A stretch of 44,400 nt of DNA from Octopus bimaculoides (Eukaryota). The notes beneath the pieces were generated by a model, which searched no databases, was not told the DNA's origin, and saw only the letters and a program-made list of their open reading frames with translations. The stretch lies in the NCBI RefSeq assembly GCF_001194135.2, contig NC_068984.1, forward strand, positions 129,136,521-129,180,920. The letters run 5' to 3'. This document shows positions 11,316 to 22,853 of this stretch, piece after piece. Positions within the stretch are counted from its first letter, which is position 1. Each line of letters begins with the position of its first letter. The position numbers and the translations under genes are program-made.

Positions 11316-12746
11316 GGATCTCGTTAGAGGGATTGCTTCTGTTCTCGGGTAGTAACCTTAATATTTTGCTCAGTTTAATACCGCTAACCGGCCCTTAGAT
11401 GCCATACACAGAATTCTCTCTGTGATTAGTATTTGGTCAAGGTCTCTACCTGAGGGCAACTTCCTTCCTTTCAGAAATCCTGAAAATAGAAAATGTGCAC
11501 CGTGAAAAGACATTGGATTTCCCATGTAAATCAATAAGCCACTAAAGCGAGAGTATAGTCAAAGTTGGATTGCTGGTTGAACCAGACACGGCGCTAAGCC
11601 CTAGACAAATTATGTGATCACTTAGATGCTAAAATCTAGGGTTCCCATAGAATCTCTGCGCAACTTACACAAAATTACTTGATCCAACTAAACCCCGAAA
11701 ACTTGGTCACTCCGAAACGAAGGAGGACAGAGAACAAAGGTGGTTTGGTGGGTTGATAAAGTAGGCAAAAGAGCCATGTTGTGTTAAGATCTGTTATATG
11801 GTTTGCCAGATAAAATTTAAATTTTGCTACATAACAGATTTACTCAGTAATATACATAATTATAAAATTATAGATTTCTTAATCATAAATTAATTATAAC
11901 TTTGAGTGTGCCTTTTTCACTTGATGTAAGAAAGCTGTGAAATAAAATAGAAACGAGGGCGACAATCCCGGTTTGACGAGCAATCCAATCGATTTATTAG
12001 TGTATTGTCTTAACATTGAAATATCCATTATCTTTTCGTTTCTAAGACAGTGGCAATCACTTTCAGAGAAACGGAAGGATAGGTGTCAGAAAGAAAGAAC
12101 AGAGCCAGTCTCTTTTCAGGATCTCTGAAAGGAAGAAAGGAAGTTGTTCTCGGATTGAGAAATAGCCCGAATACTTGTTAGAGTGAACTGCGTTAAAATC
12201 ATCCAAGAACTAGCCCGCAGTGTTAAACCGACCACTGTATTAAGACCAGCACCAAAGAACGAATATAGTCCCTAAAACTGGATTCCACATTTTAATAAAA
12301 GAGAAATATTCTGCTAAAAATTATACTACTTCATTCTTTCAGATACTAATGGTCAGTCATTTTATGTTCACTCTAGATATTTATAAACTTTGCCGATACA
12401 CACATTGATAACCTCCGCATGCAACTCGAATACGACTATTCCTATCAACTACGTCTTAGCTTCCTCACATTTGCTTCGTTCGGAATCTCCCAGTCCGTTC
12501 TGAACATCTTTTATTCTCCCACCACTTTACACTCCCCCTCTTATATCTTTCTACAATCTCTGATAAAATATTCTGGCCATATTTCATTCTTCCTTTAACC
12601 CTTATCCATCTTCTTCCAAACAATTCTTAGTCATGTTTTTATCTTCTAAACTACTTTTTCTCTTTCTTTCACTCTTTTCTCTCTCTCTCTCTCTCTCCTC
12701 ACATGAACACACACGACACAAACATGCATATATATATGTGTGAATA

Positions 12747-12860
12747 NNNNNNNNNNNNNNNNNNNNNNNNNNNNNNNNNNNNNNNNNNNNNNNNNNNNNN
12801 NNNNNNNNNNNNNNNNNNNNNNNNNNNNNNNNNNNNNNNNNNNNNNNNNNNNNNNNNNNN
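12747..12860. other. Assembly gap (N-run)
   Basis: Run of N. Confidence 1.
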
Positions 12861-12962
12861 TATATATATATACATATGCATATGTATGCATATATGGATA
12901 CTGGACGTTTCGTCACCAACGGTGCAAATAACATGAAATACGTAAACGACGAGAAGAAAATG

Positions 12963-13062
12963 GAGGTTATAGTAGAGGACATACTCTCCCAAGATGCCAC
13001 GCAGTGGAGCTAACCCCGGAACCATGTGGTTGAGAAAGAAACCTCTTACCACACAGCCACGC
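12963..13062 (-). mobile_element. Family A SINE 5' head
   Basis: Reverse complement gtggctgtgtggtaagaggtttc...accacatggttccggggttagctccactgcgtggcatcttggg matches the 22641 head. Confidence 0.85.
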
Positions 13063-13189
13063 CAGTGCTTTTGCGATAGAAAAGCAAATACTAATTGGTC
13101 TATGCTTTTCCACTCCAACTATTCCGCGTTTTTACAGGCATAATTTATCTAGGGATACATTGTCCAATATGCCTTTTCTTTTGAATAGA

Positions 13190-13260
13190 GTAAGGTGTGA
13201 TTTGAGAGCTATTTGACTGCTATTTCTAGCAAACCAAGTGACTACGTAAAGGCTCTCTCT
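13190..13260 (+). repeat. Dispersed repeat family D (unclassified); other copies at 20310-20385 (-), 26118-26190 (+) and 35905-35965 (+)
   Basis: Shared motif ggtgtgatttgag.g.gatttg.ctgctatttctagca...ga.tga.cac/tgtag seen in four diverged copies. Confidence 0.65.
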
Positions 13261-14181
13261 TTGATTTATGATTCCTGTAGCTGGAATAATAGTAGTTTAG
13301 TTGATCAACAATCTGTTGAGAGGAATTATTAAGTGAATTCTCAGAGAGACTCTCTGTCAATATAGAAGTGATGAAAGGTATTTTTGCTTCTGTTTTTTTT
13401 TTACGACTCGGGAAAACGAAGGCAGTGATGTAAAGAATTTAATAAAAATATATATTTAAAAAATGTTTAGATTGACATGTTATACAGTAATTAAAAATAA
13501 TGAAGAACATAAGAAAGAGAGCAGTCAGAGAAAAACTCTTCAAATATTAGTTTGATGTTTCAGTTTCTGCCTTGATCGTATAGCTTCGAACTGTCTGTTT
13601 TTATTTGCTTGTTTATTTGTTTGGTTTTGTTAAGACATTTTATCATAGTTCTGGGAATCAATTTGAATTGAAGTGGAAAATGTAATGTTCTGAACTGGAG
13701 ATGAGTTGGGGTTTGATGTTGAGGAAAACAAACAGAATGAATCAGTTCTAGCTTTGGAATAAATGTGTCTAAGCATTGGTAAAAGACACGGTTTTGGAGG
13801 AAGGAATATTGTCAACTTTATCAATCTCAGAAGATCTATTCCCGTTTATCACTGATTCATTCATCACTGATACAGGGTACCAAGGTACAGGGGAATCATT
13901 GCACACTCACTTGTAAACCATGTTACGCTTATCGCGAATTGATCTATGATAACACGGGTCGGTAATCAGTCAAAGATCTTGATTGGATAGCGAAAGCATG
14001 TCGCAGTAACCATTCACAATGCACCATTCATTTGCCCAAAATATTGTGATTATCGCTCGTGTTTATATCTCGTGCAGCGAGTCTGTGTATATTTTATACG
14101 AATTTAGGTGCATATACTTTTCAACATACCACCAGTGAATAGAAGAATGTCTTCTTTTTTTTAATATTAAATTTTACTCCG

Positions 14182-14393
14182 AAGATGGTGAACTAGCGGG
14201 ATTGTAGCACGCCGAGCAAAATGCTTAGCAACATTTCGTCCGTCTTTATGTTCTGATTTCAAATACCGTTGAAGCTGACTTTGCCTTTCATCCTTTCGAG
14301 AGCGATAAAATAAGAACCAATTGAGGTTTGGGGTCGATGTAATCGACTTACTCCATCCCCTGAAATTTCTGGCCTTGTACCAAAATTTGAAAC
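14182..14393 (+). mobile_element. tRNA-derived SINE, family B, full-length diverged copy
   Basis: aagatggtgaactagcggga...ctttgcctttcatcctttcga...ggggtcgatgtaatcgactta...ggccttgtaccaaaatttgaaac. Confidence 0.9.
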
Positions 14394-14694
14394 TGATTCA
14401 AAATTTTACTCTAAATACTATTCTAGCCATGAAACAATATCATTATGTGTACTTAAAAACTGATCGGAGGTCTTATTTTGGATAAATTAGGACGACAACT
14501 TGAGATCTCGAAATGAAACCTATTTTTCCATGTATTTTATTACTGATCCGTTCAACACGGTGTTCCTTTGGAACTAAACACTCGTGATAAACGAGGAGAG
14601 ATGTTCTTTAACTTCTTTCATTTCTACTCTTCCTTGAGCCCTTAGATCCTAGTGGAATATGGCGAGTTTCGGAGGTCTAAGCTAAGCAGAGGGC

Positions 14695-14855
14695 ATGTTT
14701 CCAGGGAAAGCTGACCTCGGCGAGATTTGTGCTGAGAGCGCAAAAAGTTGAAACGAATGCCACGAGATAACTAATCCGTCGCTTTAACGACTCAGTCACT
14801 TCACCGCCTGTTAGGTAAGCTATCAATCCTGAAAGGATGAGCGGCACAATTAGAC
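14695..14855 (-). mobile_element. Family B SINE relics, highly diverged
   Basis: aaagctgacctcggcgagattt and cctgaaaggatgagcggca resemble family B segments. Confidence 0.6.
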
Positions 14856-15449
14856 GATAAATAAATATTAGACGAAAGATAAACGACAAGATAATAGCAT
14901 TAAACGGTGTAACTAAATACACCAAATATTTTATGCAGATCTGAACCGTTTCTGTGATGGTCTAATATTTAGGATTCAGCTACTCTTTTATCGAGAAAGA
15001 GAAAACTCTCAAAGAAGGAAAACTAACAGTTCTAGACGTATTGTTCAAATCTACTGAAGCTTAAATAATATAAAGACAAAATTTCTCAAAATGAAGTATC
15101 TGATTAATAAAGAGCATAGATGACTAAACTTTGGCGTGGATTACCGGAAAGTTCTTCAGTATCAAACATTGTAAGAACACGTGTTGGAAACAAGATGAAA
15201 TAAATTAAGTGGAAGCGCTATGAAACACGTGAATATGATACACAATGATAAATAAAACGCTGGCGCCTTAAATACTCTAGAGTAAAGAATAGCATTTAAT
15301 CTGACAAATATTAACGTAGCAATACTCTATTAATCGAACTAGCTGCCAAATATTTGTTATATGCAAATAAGTCTATCCGATTTACTTAAGCTACATGTAA
15401 TACTGAATATTAAATAGTGTCTTTGTGGATAGTTAAACGTGGTACTCAG

Positions 15450-16403
15450 CCGCTGAAGAAAACCTAAAACAGGATCGAAACTAGTCCCCTTTATCCCTTG
15501 CTTCCCAACCACATGTATTCCGGGTCCAGGACTGGTAGCTGCAGTAATGCACAGGATGGAAGACGAAGCCAAGATATTGAAGATCACAAGAACCAAAAAA
15601 GTCATACAAGTAAGTCTTAAAAACTTACATGAGATCACCGAAGAAATTATTTTACCAGAAGACGTGAGAGTAGTGGTGGAAGGCAGACCACCAACATATT
15701 ACCAATGTGGTCAAAAGGGGAACATGAAAGCAAGGTGCCCCCAGAATGAAAATAAGGAGGAGGAGCAGAAGCAACAGTGTGAAGAACAAAGTGCCGAAGT
15801 GGCGGTACTGGAAGGAGAGAAGGACAGAGAAGAAACATTCACCGTTGTGAATAGGAGGAAGAGGAAGGAGCGTGTAAGCTCTCCGCCGGAGAGTCAGAAA
15901 TGGGTGAAGGAGATAGAGATGGGGGTGACAAGAAGCTGGTTGGATACAGCAGCATCACCAACATCACCAACAAAAACTAACGAGGATACTGCAACAGCAT
16001 TGCAACACGAAGTGGAAGACATAGACGTTAAAGATTTTTTTGGGTTTTTTTTTTTGGTGCAACAACAGAGGAACCAAGAGGAATGACTCGCCCGGACAGC
16101 CCAGGTCCGTCGCTGAAACAAACGGATGTAAAACGGAGGAAGTACAAGTGGCATATGGTCACATACGTCAAAAGCACAGCAATTGGAAGGAAAATTACAA
16201 ACTTCAAATCTGTTATGAGAGTTAAGTTGCCACCAGAGAAATATTCGGAACACATTAAAAGAATAATAACTGACAACGAAAGATATGGGAAACTAAAAGA
16301 ACTGTTTGGAAGTAATATAGACTCTTTGGGTGTTGAGATAGAGATTGACGAATTACCATCAGTCGTGAAGTACAAGGATTTGAAACCCTTGAGGAACTGT
16401 TAA
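15450..16403 (+). pseudogene. Retroelement ORF1/gag-like pseudogene with a degenerate CCHC zinc knuckle
   Basis: ORF 15547-16086 has VVVEGRPPTYYQCGQKGNMKARCP, a CX2CX4HX4C motif with C>Y (tat) and H>N (aac), each a single-base change. An acidic/basic low-complexity tail follows, and coding-like sequence continues in another frame (16083-16403) after a poly-T slippage tract. The 3' flank is A-rich. Confidence 0.7.
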
Positions 16404-17863
16404 AAAAAAAGGTAAAATTTTTTTTAAAGTATAGACTTTTAAAAAATGATGCTAAAGGAAAAAAAAAGAGAAAAAGAAAAACTTTTAAAATTGTATGATT
16501 TAACAGTTAAATAGTACTGCTTGAGAATGGGGCTCAATACAGCCATTTCACCATCATTTATTTTTATTATTTTTTATATATCTCGCATTTTCATTCGTTT
16601 TATGTTTTTGTCCCCACTGTAGTGTTCTGTCTGTCCTTGTGCTGTCCCCTCTGTGTTATGGCCGAAGTGCCTAATAAAGAATCATCGTGTTGATAGCAGT
16701 TCACTATGAGCCTTTGATAGAGCGTTGGGTCTCGTGTAATAGTAATAGTAGTACGTCGTGTATATACTTTCTTCGCACCTGCATCGTAAATTATATATCC
16801 AACATACAAGGACAAAACAAATAATATTGAAAAGAGGTGTAATAGTAATGAATTTTTCAGACGGACTGAACTTCATGAAATAATATCAGAAAGGATAAGA
16901 AATTATTGTTTGTTTGACAAGTTGTAGTCCACTGTTGCCCATTGCTAAATAAAATAAAAGCTTGAACATATTGGTACGAGCTCAGAGATTTGAAGAGAGG
17001 ATTAAATTATCGATCACTGTTCATAAATTATTACTGACGACATTACAATGTTGAAATGTAAAGTGAATCTCTTCTGCCATTTTGATTTCAGTATGTAAAG
17101 CAAAGAACTAAATACTATAGGGTATTCAGTACAGTGCCTATTTGTTTCTATTATTCAAGAGTATTCTTGCTTGCTGGGTTGCATAATTATGATATTCACC
17201 CAAAACATACATGTATTCATACATGCATGCATACGCAAAACTTAGCATATGCACATGTCTAGACATGCAACTATATGTATGAGTATACTTACATAAACCA
17301 AAACATATAGATCTCCATATGCAGAAACTCCAAATACTTGCACATATACACACAAATATGCACAAATACCCTGTTGATGTTGTTGAAATTCCATTGAAGG
17401 AGCCTTGGATCTAGGTCAAAAACTAACTGTTTCTCCATTGGCAAAAAATCTATAAAGATTAAACTGAATAATAACATACACGCATACATGTATATATGTG
17501 TGGGTGTGTGTATGCGTGTGTATATTATATGTATGTATGTATGTATGTATGTATGCATAAAGATAATATATTTTATTCCTTTCATTTCTTCAGTAACGCA
17601 AAAAAATGTTGATTCTTGGCAAGACGATTCTCTCACTTACCACAGAGAACAACCAATCAGCTGAGAGTATATACTGGTACAAAAAATTCTAACCGAAGAG
17701 CTGTTTATCTTCATGAAATGTCACACCCGGTGAATTAATTCTCGCCTGGAAAATCGCCAGTGGATTTTTTAGTTCAGGTTTATCAAAACACCAACAAAAG
17801 GCATGCGCCATTTTTTGACTTCCAGGAGCAGAGAGCCGTCACCATAATTTTCATACTAACTCT

Positions 17864-17918
17864 CTGATGAGCGCCGCGATTGAGTATTGCTCTAACCCGT
17901 GTGCGAAACACATTGGTA
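17864..17918 (+). ncRNA. Degenerate hammerhead-like motif
   Basis: CTGATGA, helix II GCGC/GTGC, GAAA and a GTA triplet are present, but helix III is weak and helix I is absent. Confidence 0.3.
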
Positions 17919-18409
17919 TAATCGACTTACGTGGGTTTATAATATAGTGTAGAATATATATTGATATACCCACTCTGATGAGAAATATACGAGTGCCTGT
18001 TTGCTCTGACTTATGGTTGACTATATACTTATTAGATAACTATATACCTATATACATACTCTTCATGCTTATATCCTATAGAAATACATACGCATTGTTC
18101 GAAGCTCTAACACTCCACAAATTTTATATTTTTAAAATTTCTAGACGCTGCTATTTTTATGAAGGTTTCCTATCTTGTCGTTGAAAGCTCGTAATACGGA
18201 GTAATTAAAAGCCGACAACTGAGGAAGGGTTAGATACGTATTTTTCACTCGTTGATGATATCCTGTTCTTATTGTATGTTTTCTGGTCCTGTAGTCATCT
18301 CTCGTGTATTTACGTATTTTTCGCTCGTTGATGATGCCCTGCATTTGATGTACTTTATATCTATTTATTTATAATCGAACACCACGCGGCCTTATCTACA
18401 TATAGATAT

Positions 18410-18443
<34 letters not shown>

Positions 18444-18543
18444 NNNNNNNNNNNNNNNNNNNNNNNNNNNNNNNNNNNNNNNNNNNNNNNNNNNNNNNNN
18501 NNNNNNNNNNNNNNNNNNNNNNNNNNNNNNNNNNNNNNNNNNN
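18444..18543. other. Assembly gap (100 N, probably of unknown size)
   Basis: Exactly 100 N. Confidence 1.
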
Positions 18544-18800
18544 CTGATCCTAGTTGGACTGTCTGTGAGGGAGCCATCCTCTTCGGAGAGGGGCCCAATC
18601 TTGCAGCGTACTGAGGCTGTTTCATTTGCGTAATGAAAGAAGGTCCTTGGGTTTGACTTAATGTTTTTTATAACCCAGGCTTCTTTGTCTGCTCTCTCTC
18701 TCTCACATAGGATTGTTGCAGCCTTTTTTCAATCTCCATCAGTGTCGTTTTTAGGCGGGACCTGTGGCCATTCTTGGGATGCTGGTTGAGTCGATTTGCA
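18544..18800 (-). mobile_element. CR1-like LINE ORF2 fragment (endonuclease-RT linker)
   Basis: ERADKEAWVIKNIKSNPRTFFHYANETASVRCKIGPLSEEDGSLTDSPTRI matches the CR1 pattern IK.NPK.FF.Y......IGPL...G.LT. It runs into the gap. Confidence 0.8.
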
Positions 18801-18921
18801 ACTTTCGTCCGTCGTCTCATATATATATTCAACTTTACGATGAAAGTAAACAAAGTTTGTTCTTTTTTTTTTTAGAAGCGTTGAGTTGTATTGTAAGAAT
18901 AGAAATAAATTTATTTCTGTT

Positions 18922-18954
<33 letters not shown>

Positions 18955-18956
<2 letters not shown>

Positions 18957-19385
18957 GGAGAGGTATGCAGTGACATATATAGGGAATATCCTGGAGGGGC
19001 GAGCACCAAACTTTGGTATCGAGAGCTATACCAGCCCCCGAACTGGACGCCACTGTATTATTCCACAGGTTCCAGCTATACTGTCTAGAGTGAGCATCAT
19101 GTACTGCATTAGCTTGAGATTCAAGGGGCCACAGCTATTTGACGCCTTGCCAAAACACCTGAGGGATCTTCTATGGAGTAGGGGTAGATGTTTTCAAGAA
19201 ACGACTTGATATTCTGCTTATCCAAAGTTCCAGATAAACTTATACCAAGGCAGGAAATTCAAAAGGAGATAGCAGCGTAGAACTCGCTTCTTTACCAAAA
19301 GCCAATCACATAAGATTGAACATTGAAAAAGTGATTACTCTGGTGGTGCTTTAGCATGGCCGCAGCTTTAGCGTTGAAATATATT
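18955..19385 (+). mobile_element. CR1-like LINE 3' end (ORF2 C-terminus plus 3' tail)
   Basis: RERYAVTYIGNILEGRAPNFGIESYTSPRTGRHCIIP...SLRFKGPQLFDALPKHLRDL, then frameshifted GVDVFKKRLD and KVPDK, then the tail GGTGGTGCtttagCATGGCCgcag. Confidence 0.85.
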
Positions 19386-19387
19386 AA

Positions 19388-19475
19388 GTGATTGTGTGGT
19401 AAGTAGCTTGCTTCCCAGCCACATGGTTCCGGGTTCAGTCCACAGCGTGGCACCTTCAGCAAGTTTCTTCTATAT
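19388..19475 (+). mobile_element. Family A SINE 5' head
   Basis: gtgtggtaagtagcttgcttcccagccacatggttccgggttcagtcc..gcgtggcacc..gcaagtttcttcta. Confidence 0.92.
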
Positions 19476-19747
19476 TTTACTTATTTGTCATTTAACTGCT
19501 GCCATACGGGAACAACACCTTGAAATGTTTTAGTCAAACAAATCGATCCCAGGACTGTTCTAAGCCTAGTACTTATTTTATCGATACTTTTGCCGAACCG
19601 CTAAGTTACGGGACGTAAACACACCATCACCGGTTGTCAAGCTTTGTTGGGGACAAACAGACACAAAGACACGACACACAGATATATACATACATACACA
19701 CACACATACACACACACACATATACACACACATAAATAGATAGATAA

Positions 19748-19806
<59 letters not shown>

Positions 19807-19852
19807 CAACGAGATTCTTTCAGTTTCCGCCTACCAAATCCACTCATAAGTC
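19476..19852 (-). mobile_element. Family A SINE body and 3' tail in reverse orientation, with internal (CA)/(AGAT)n
   Basis: ccgaaccgctaagttacgggacgtaaacacacc..cggttgtcaagc..ggggacaaacagacacaa and ctttcagtttccgcctaccaaatccactca are reverse matches to 22740-23060. Confidence 0.92.
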
Positions 19853-19853
19853 T

Positions 19854-19886
<33 letters not shown>

Positions 19887-20059
19887 AATAAAATTCATGT
19901 TTGTCTGGGAATTTAAATTTTGTTTGACGGCTTGTTAAGCTTAAAGTCCAGTCAATACGAATTTTACAATACTTTTGACTATTCTTAGTATTGAGGCACC
20001 AATCAGTCAATGTTACGTTGTTGTTCTTTCACTTGTTTTATAACAATAACCTCAATTTA

Positions 20060-20093
20060 ACACACACACACACACACGCACGCACGCACGCAC

Positions 20094-20131
<38 letters not shown>

Positions 20132-20160
20132 GCACGCACGCACACACGCACGCACACATA
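20060..20160. repeat. (CA)n/(CACG)n compound microsatellite
   Basis: Direct inspection. Confidence 0.95.
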
Positions 20161-21699
20161 CACCTGCGTCTACATTAATCTATACATTAACTGTAACGTA
20201 TAGCATTAATTGCATAAGACTATAATCGAGAGAATACGATATTGTTGGCAGAACCATCTGTGATAACACGTCATATTGTAAAACTAATTTATCTACCCAA
20301 TGAGGAAGAGTCTACCTCTACAAAGCCCTTTGTCATGCTAAATATAGCAGCTAAATCTCCTTCAAAGTTAGCCACACCATCTTAAACATAAGGACATTTT
20401 GGAATAATACGTTCTTTGATAAGTATGTCTGAATGGAAGGCAATGTCTTTGATCAAGGAGCATTTCGATAAGGGCTTACTTGTGGTTAACCCAAAAGAAA
20501 CTAATTTATATTTTGAGACCCATACTAATTATTTTTCTGCAAACGAGTTTTTTTTTTATTATAAACTTCAAACGAACAAAGAAAACAAAGCTGAAAATAT
20601 AAATATAGTTCTTGATATTTAGTCAGATGTTTAACGCCTTTATATATCTCTAAGACAATAATTAGAAATACATTTTATCTTCTTATTTGTTTTGGTCTTT
20701 TATCAAGTAACCGAATTATCTTTCATTACCTTTTCCTTCATGGGTGAATCACCGTACACTAGTACATTCCCATGATAGTAACGGAAAAGAATACCCACTA
20801 CTGGGTGGCTCATTCAGTTTAAAATTATCATGTTAAGTTTCCTTCCTTTCATGAATATTCTTCTTACATCGATGTCGTGGGTTAATGCGACGTAGTTGTT
20901 AAAAGTAGTATGTTTTACCTCTCAGCACACAAACATACAAATACATCAAAAATGGAAAATGATAGTAGTATTAGCGTGGAGATAATTACAAAGTAGTAAG
21001 CTTAGAAGAGCTTAGAACTACGAAGACGAGGTGGATGAGTGGGTGATTATTTCATAGTAGTTACGCAGATAGTAGCATCAGTTGACCGAAGTAAGAAGAG
21101 TTTCATTGACGAAATTTCTTGCTTTCTATTCATCTAAAATCTATAAACATGACAATGTGATTGGCAAAAGCCTCTAAATAATATTTTATAATCTGACGTT
21201 CGTCCTTCATACCTCTGAAGACGACCATACTACCAGTTTTACTCTTTGTGGGTCATGAGGTAGTTTATTGGGCCAATATTAACATAAAATCCACAGCTAC
21301 AATGGAGGAACGTAATAACAAAGTCAGGATCTAGTAGGACTTGCTTTCTGTGTAGTGCTCCCTTTAGTTTTTCTGATCATTTCTGAATCTGAGTGCTATA
21401 CTCCAGAGTTCACAACTAGACTCACTGCAGTATACCACTATGAGCAATCGTAAGGAAAATGTTCCCAAATAGACTGCTCTAAGACTGCTTTTTTAAGGTT
21501 GTCTTGAGAGTGTTGTTTGTATGTCCTTTAATGACTAATACAATCAAAATGATTGCATCCTTTCCCCGCTACACATTTAACATCCATAAAATATGTATTT
21601 ACAATATGAAATTTAACCAGTGGCAATTTTAGTCCCTTGTCTGTGAGGGAACATGAAGATGAAAATTTTGTTGTTGTCTGTATATATATAATCAATCAC

Positions 21700-21795
21700 C
21701 AATGGCCTTAAGACTAAAGAGTTCGACTCGCGATCTTATGCTTCTGGGATTGGCCCCACTGCGGGACATTTTGGGAAAGTGACTTCTACTTTAAG
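21700..21795 (+). mobile_element. tRNA-derived SINE head relic
   Basis: tggccttaagac..gagttcgactcgcgatc...ccccactgcgggaca.tttgggaaagtgacttctact resembles SINE heads plus the family A gcaagtgtcttctact segment. Confidence 0.6.
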
Positions 21796-21924
21796 TAGAA
21801 GTGGTAGAGGCAAACATTGCAAAAGCCGTTGTACAAACGCACGCACGCACGCACGCATACATACTGCAGCACACGCGTACGTATACATTGATCATCTACA
21901 GACATATCCGTACGCACAAACACA

Positions 21925-22045
<121 letters not shown>

Positions 22046-22239
22046 TGTAAAAACAACGAACCTTAAAAAGGACAACAAGGTAGGAACATAGTTTGACAAA
22101 TAAGTTTTTTGTTTAACGTTTTAACGGAAAAAGAGTGTAGCTATCTCATGTGCTTTATCAATATCTTTATATTCTCACTATCCTACCCACTGTCAACCCT
22201 GCCACAGACACGCTTTCAAACCACCCACCTAATAAATTA

Positions 22240-22607
22240 TACGTCAACACACCAAACCGAACTTTCCTCACTCGTGAGTTTCTCATCAAAAACAACATGG
22301 TATCGCTTCCACATCCGCCCAATTCACCAGATTTAGCACCTGCGGACTTCCATCTTCCCAAAGATGAAAATGCAGCTCAACGGCCATCGTTTAACACAGC
22401 TGTCAAAATCCAGAGCGAATCATAGAAGGTCCTCGACTCGCTTACAGAAAACGACTTTCAGGCCGGATTCCATAAGTGACAGGAACGCTGGGGCCGGTGC
22501 ATTGCTACGCAAGGTGGCTATTTCGAAGAGGATGATGTTAAAGCTTCGATAAATAATTTATATTTTATTAAACATAACTAGTCCGGGAACTTTTTGATAC
22601 CACCACG
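22240..22607 (+). mobile_element. Mariner (Tc1/mariner DD34D) transposon 3' fragment with right TIR and TA site
   Basis: TREFLIKNNMVSLPHPPNSPDLAPADFHL (HPPYSPDLAP.DF motif), then frameshifted PKMKMQLNGHR, IQSES*KVLDSLTENDFQAGFHK*QERW and GGYFEEDD. It ends in tagtccgggaactttttgataccaccacg followed by TA. Confidence 0.92.
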
Positions 22608-22640
22608 TAGATAAAGGAATAATTCGATGAAACATCAATT

Positions 22641-22790
22641 GGCTGTGTGGTAAGTAGCTTGCTTACCAACCATATGGTTCCGGGTTCAGTCCCACTGCGT
22701 GGCCACTTGGGCAAGTGTCTTCTACTATAGCTTCGGGACGACCAAAGCCTTGTGAGTGGATTTGGTAGACGGAAACTGAAAGAGGCACGT

Positions 22791-22853
<63 letters not shown>

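Noticed and set aside
12895-12945. Minus-strand hairpin CACC-GTT-GGTG followed by GAAACGTC as a hammerhead
   Set aside because: No CUGANGA-like core upstream.
12892-13011. Short ORF MDTGRFVTNGANNMKYVNDEKKMEVIVEDILSQDATQWS
   Set aside because: Its second half is the reverse strand of a family A SINE head, and it is only 39 codons.
18235-18341. Repeat-spacer-repeat as a CRISPR array
   Set aside because: Only two repeats, no cas genes, and a eukaryotic context.
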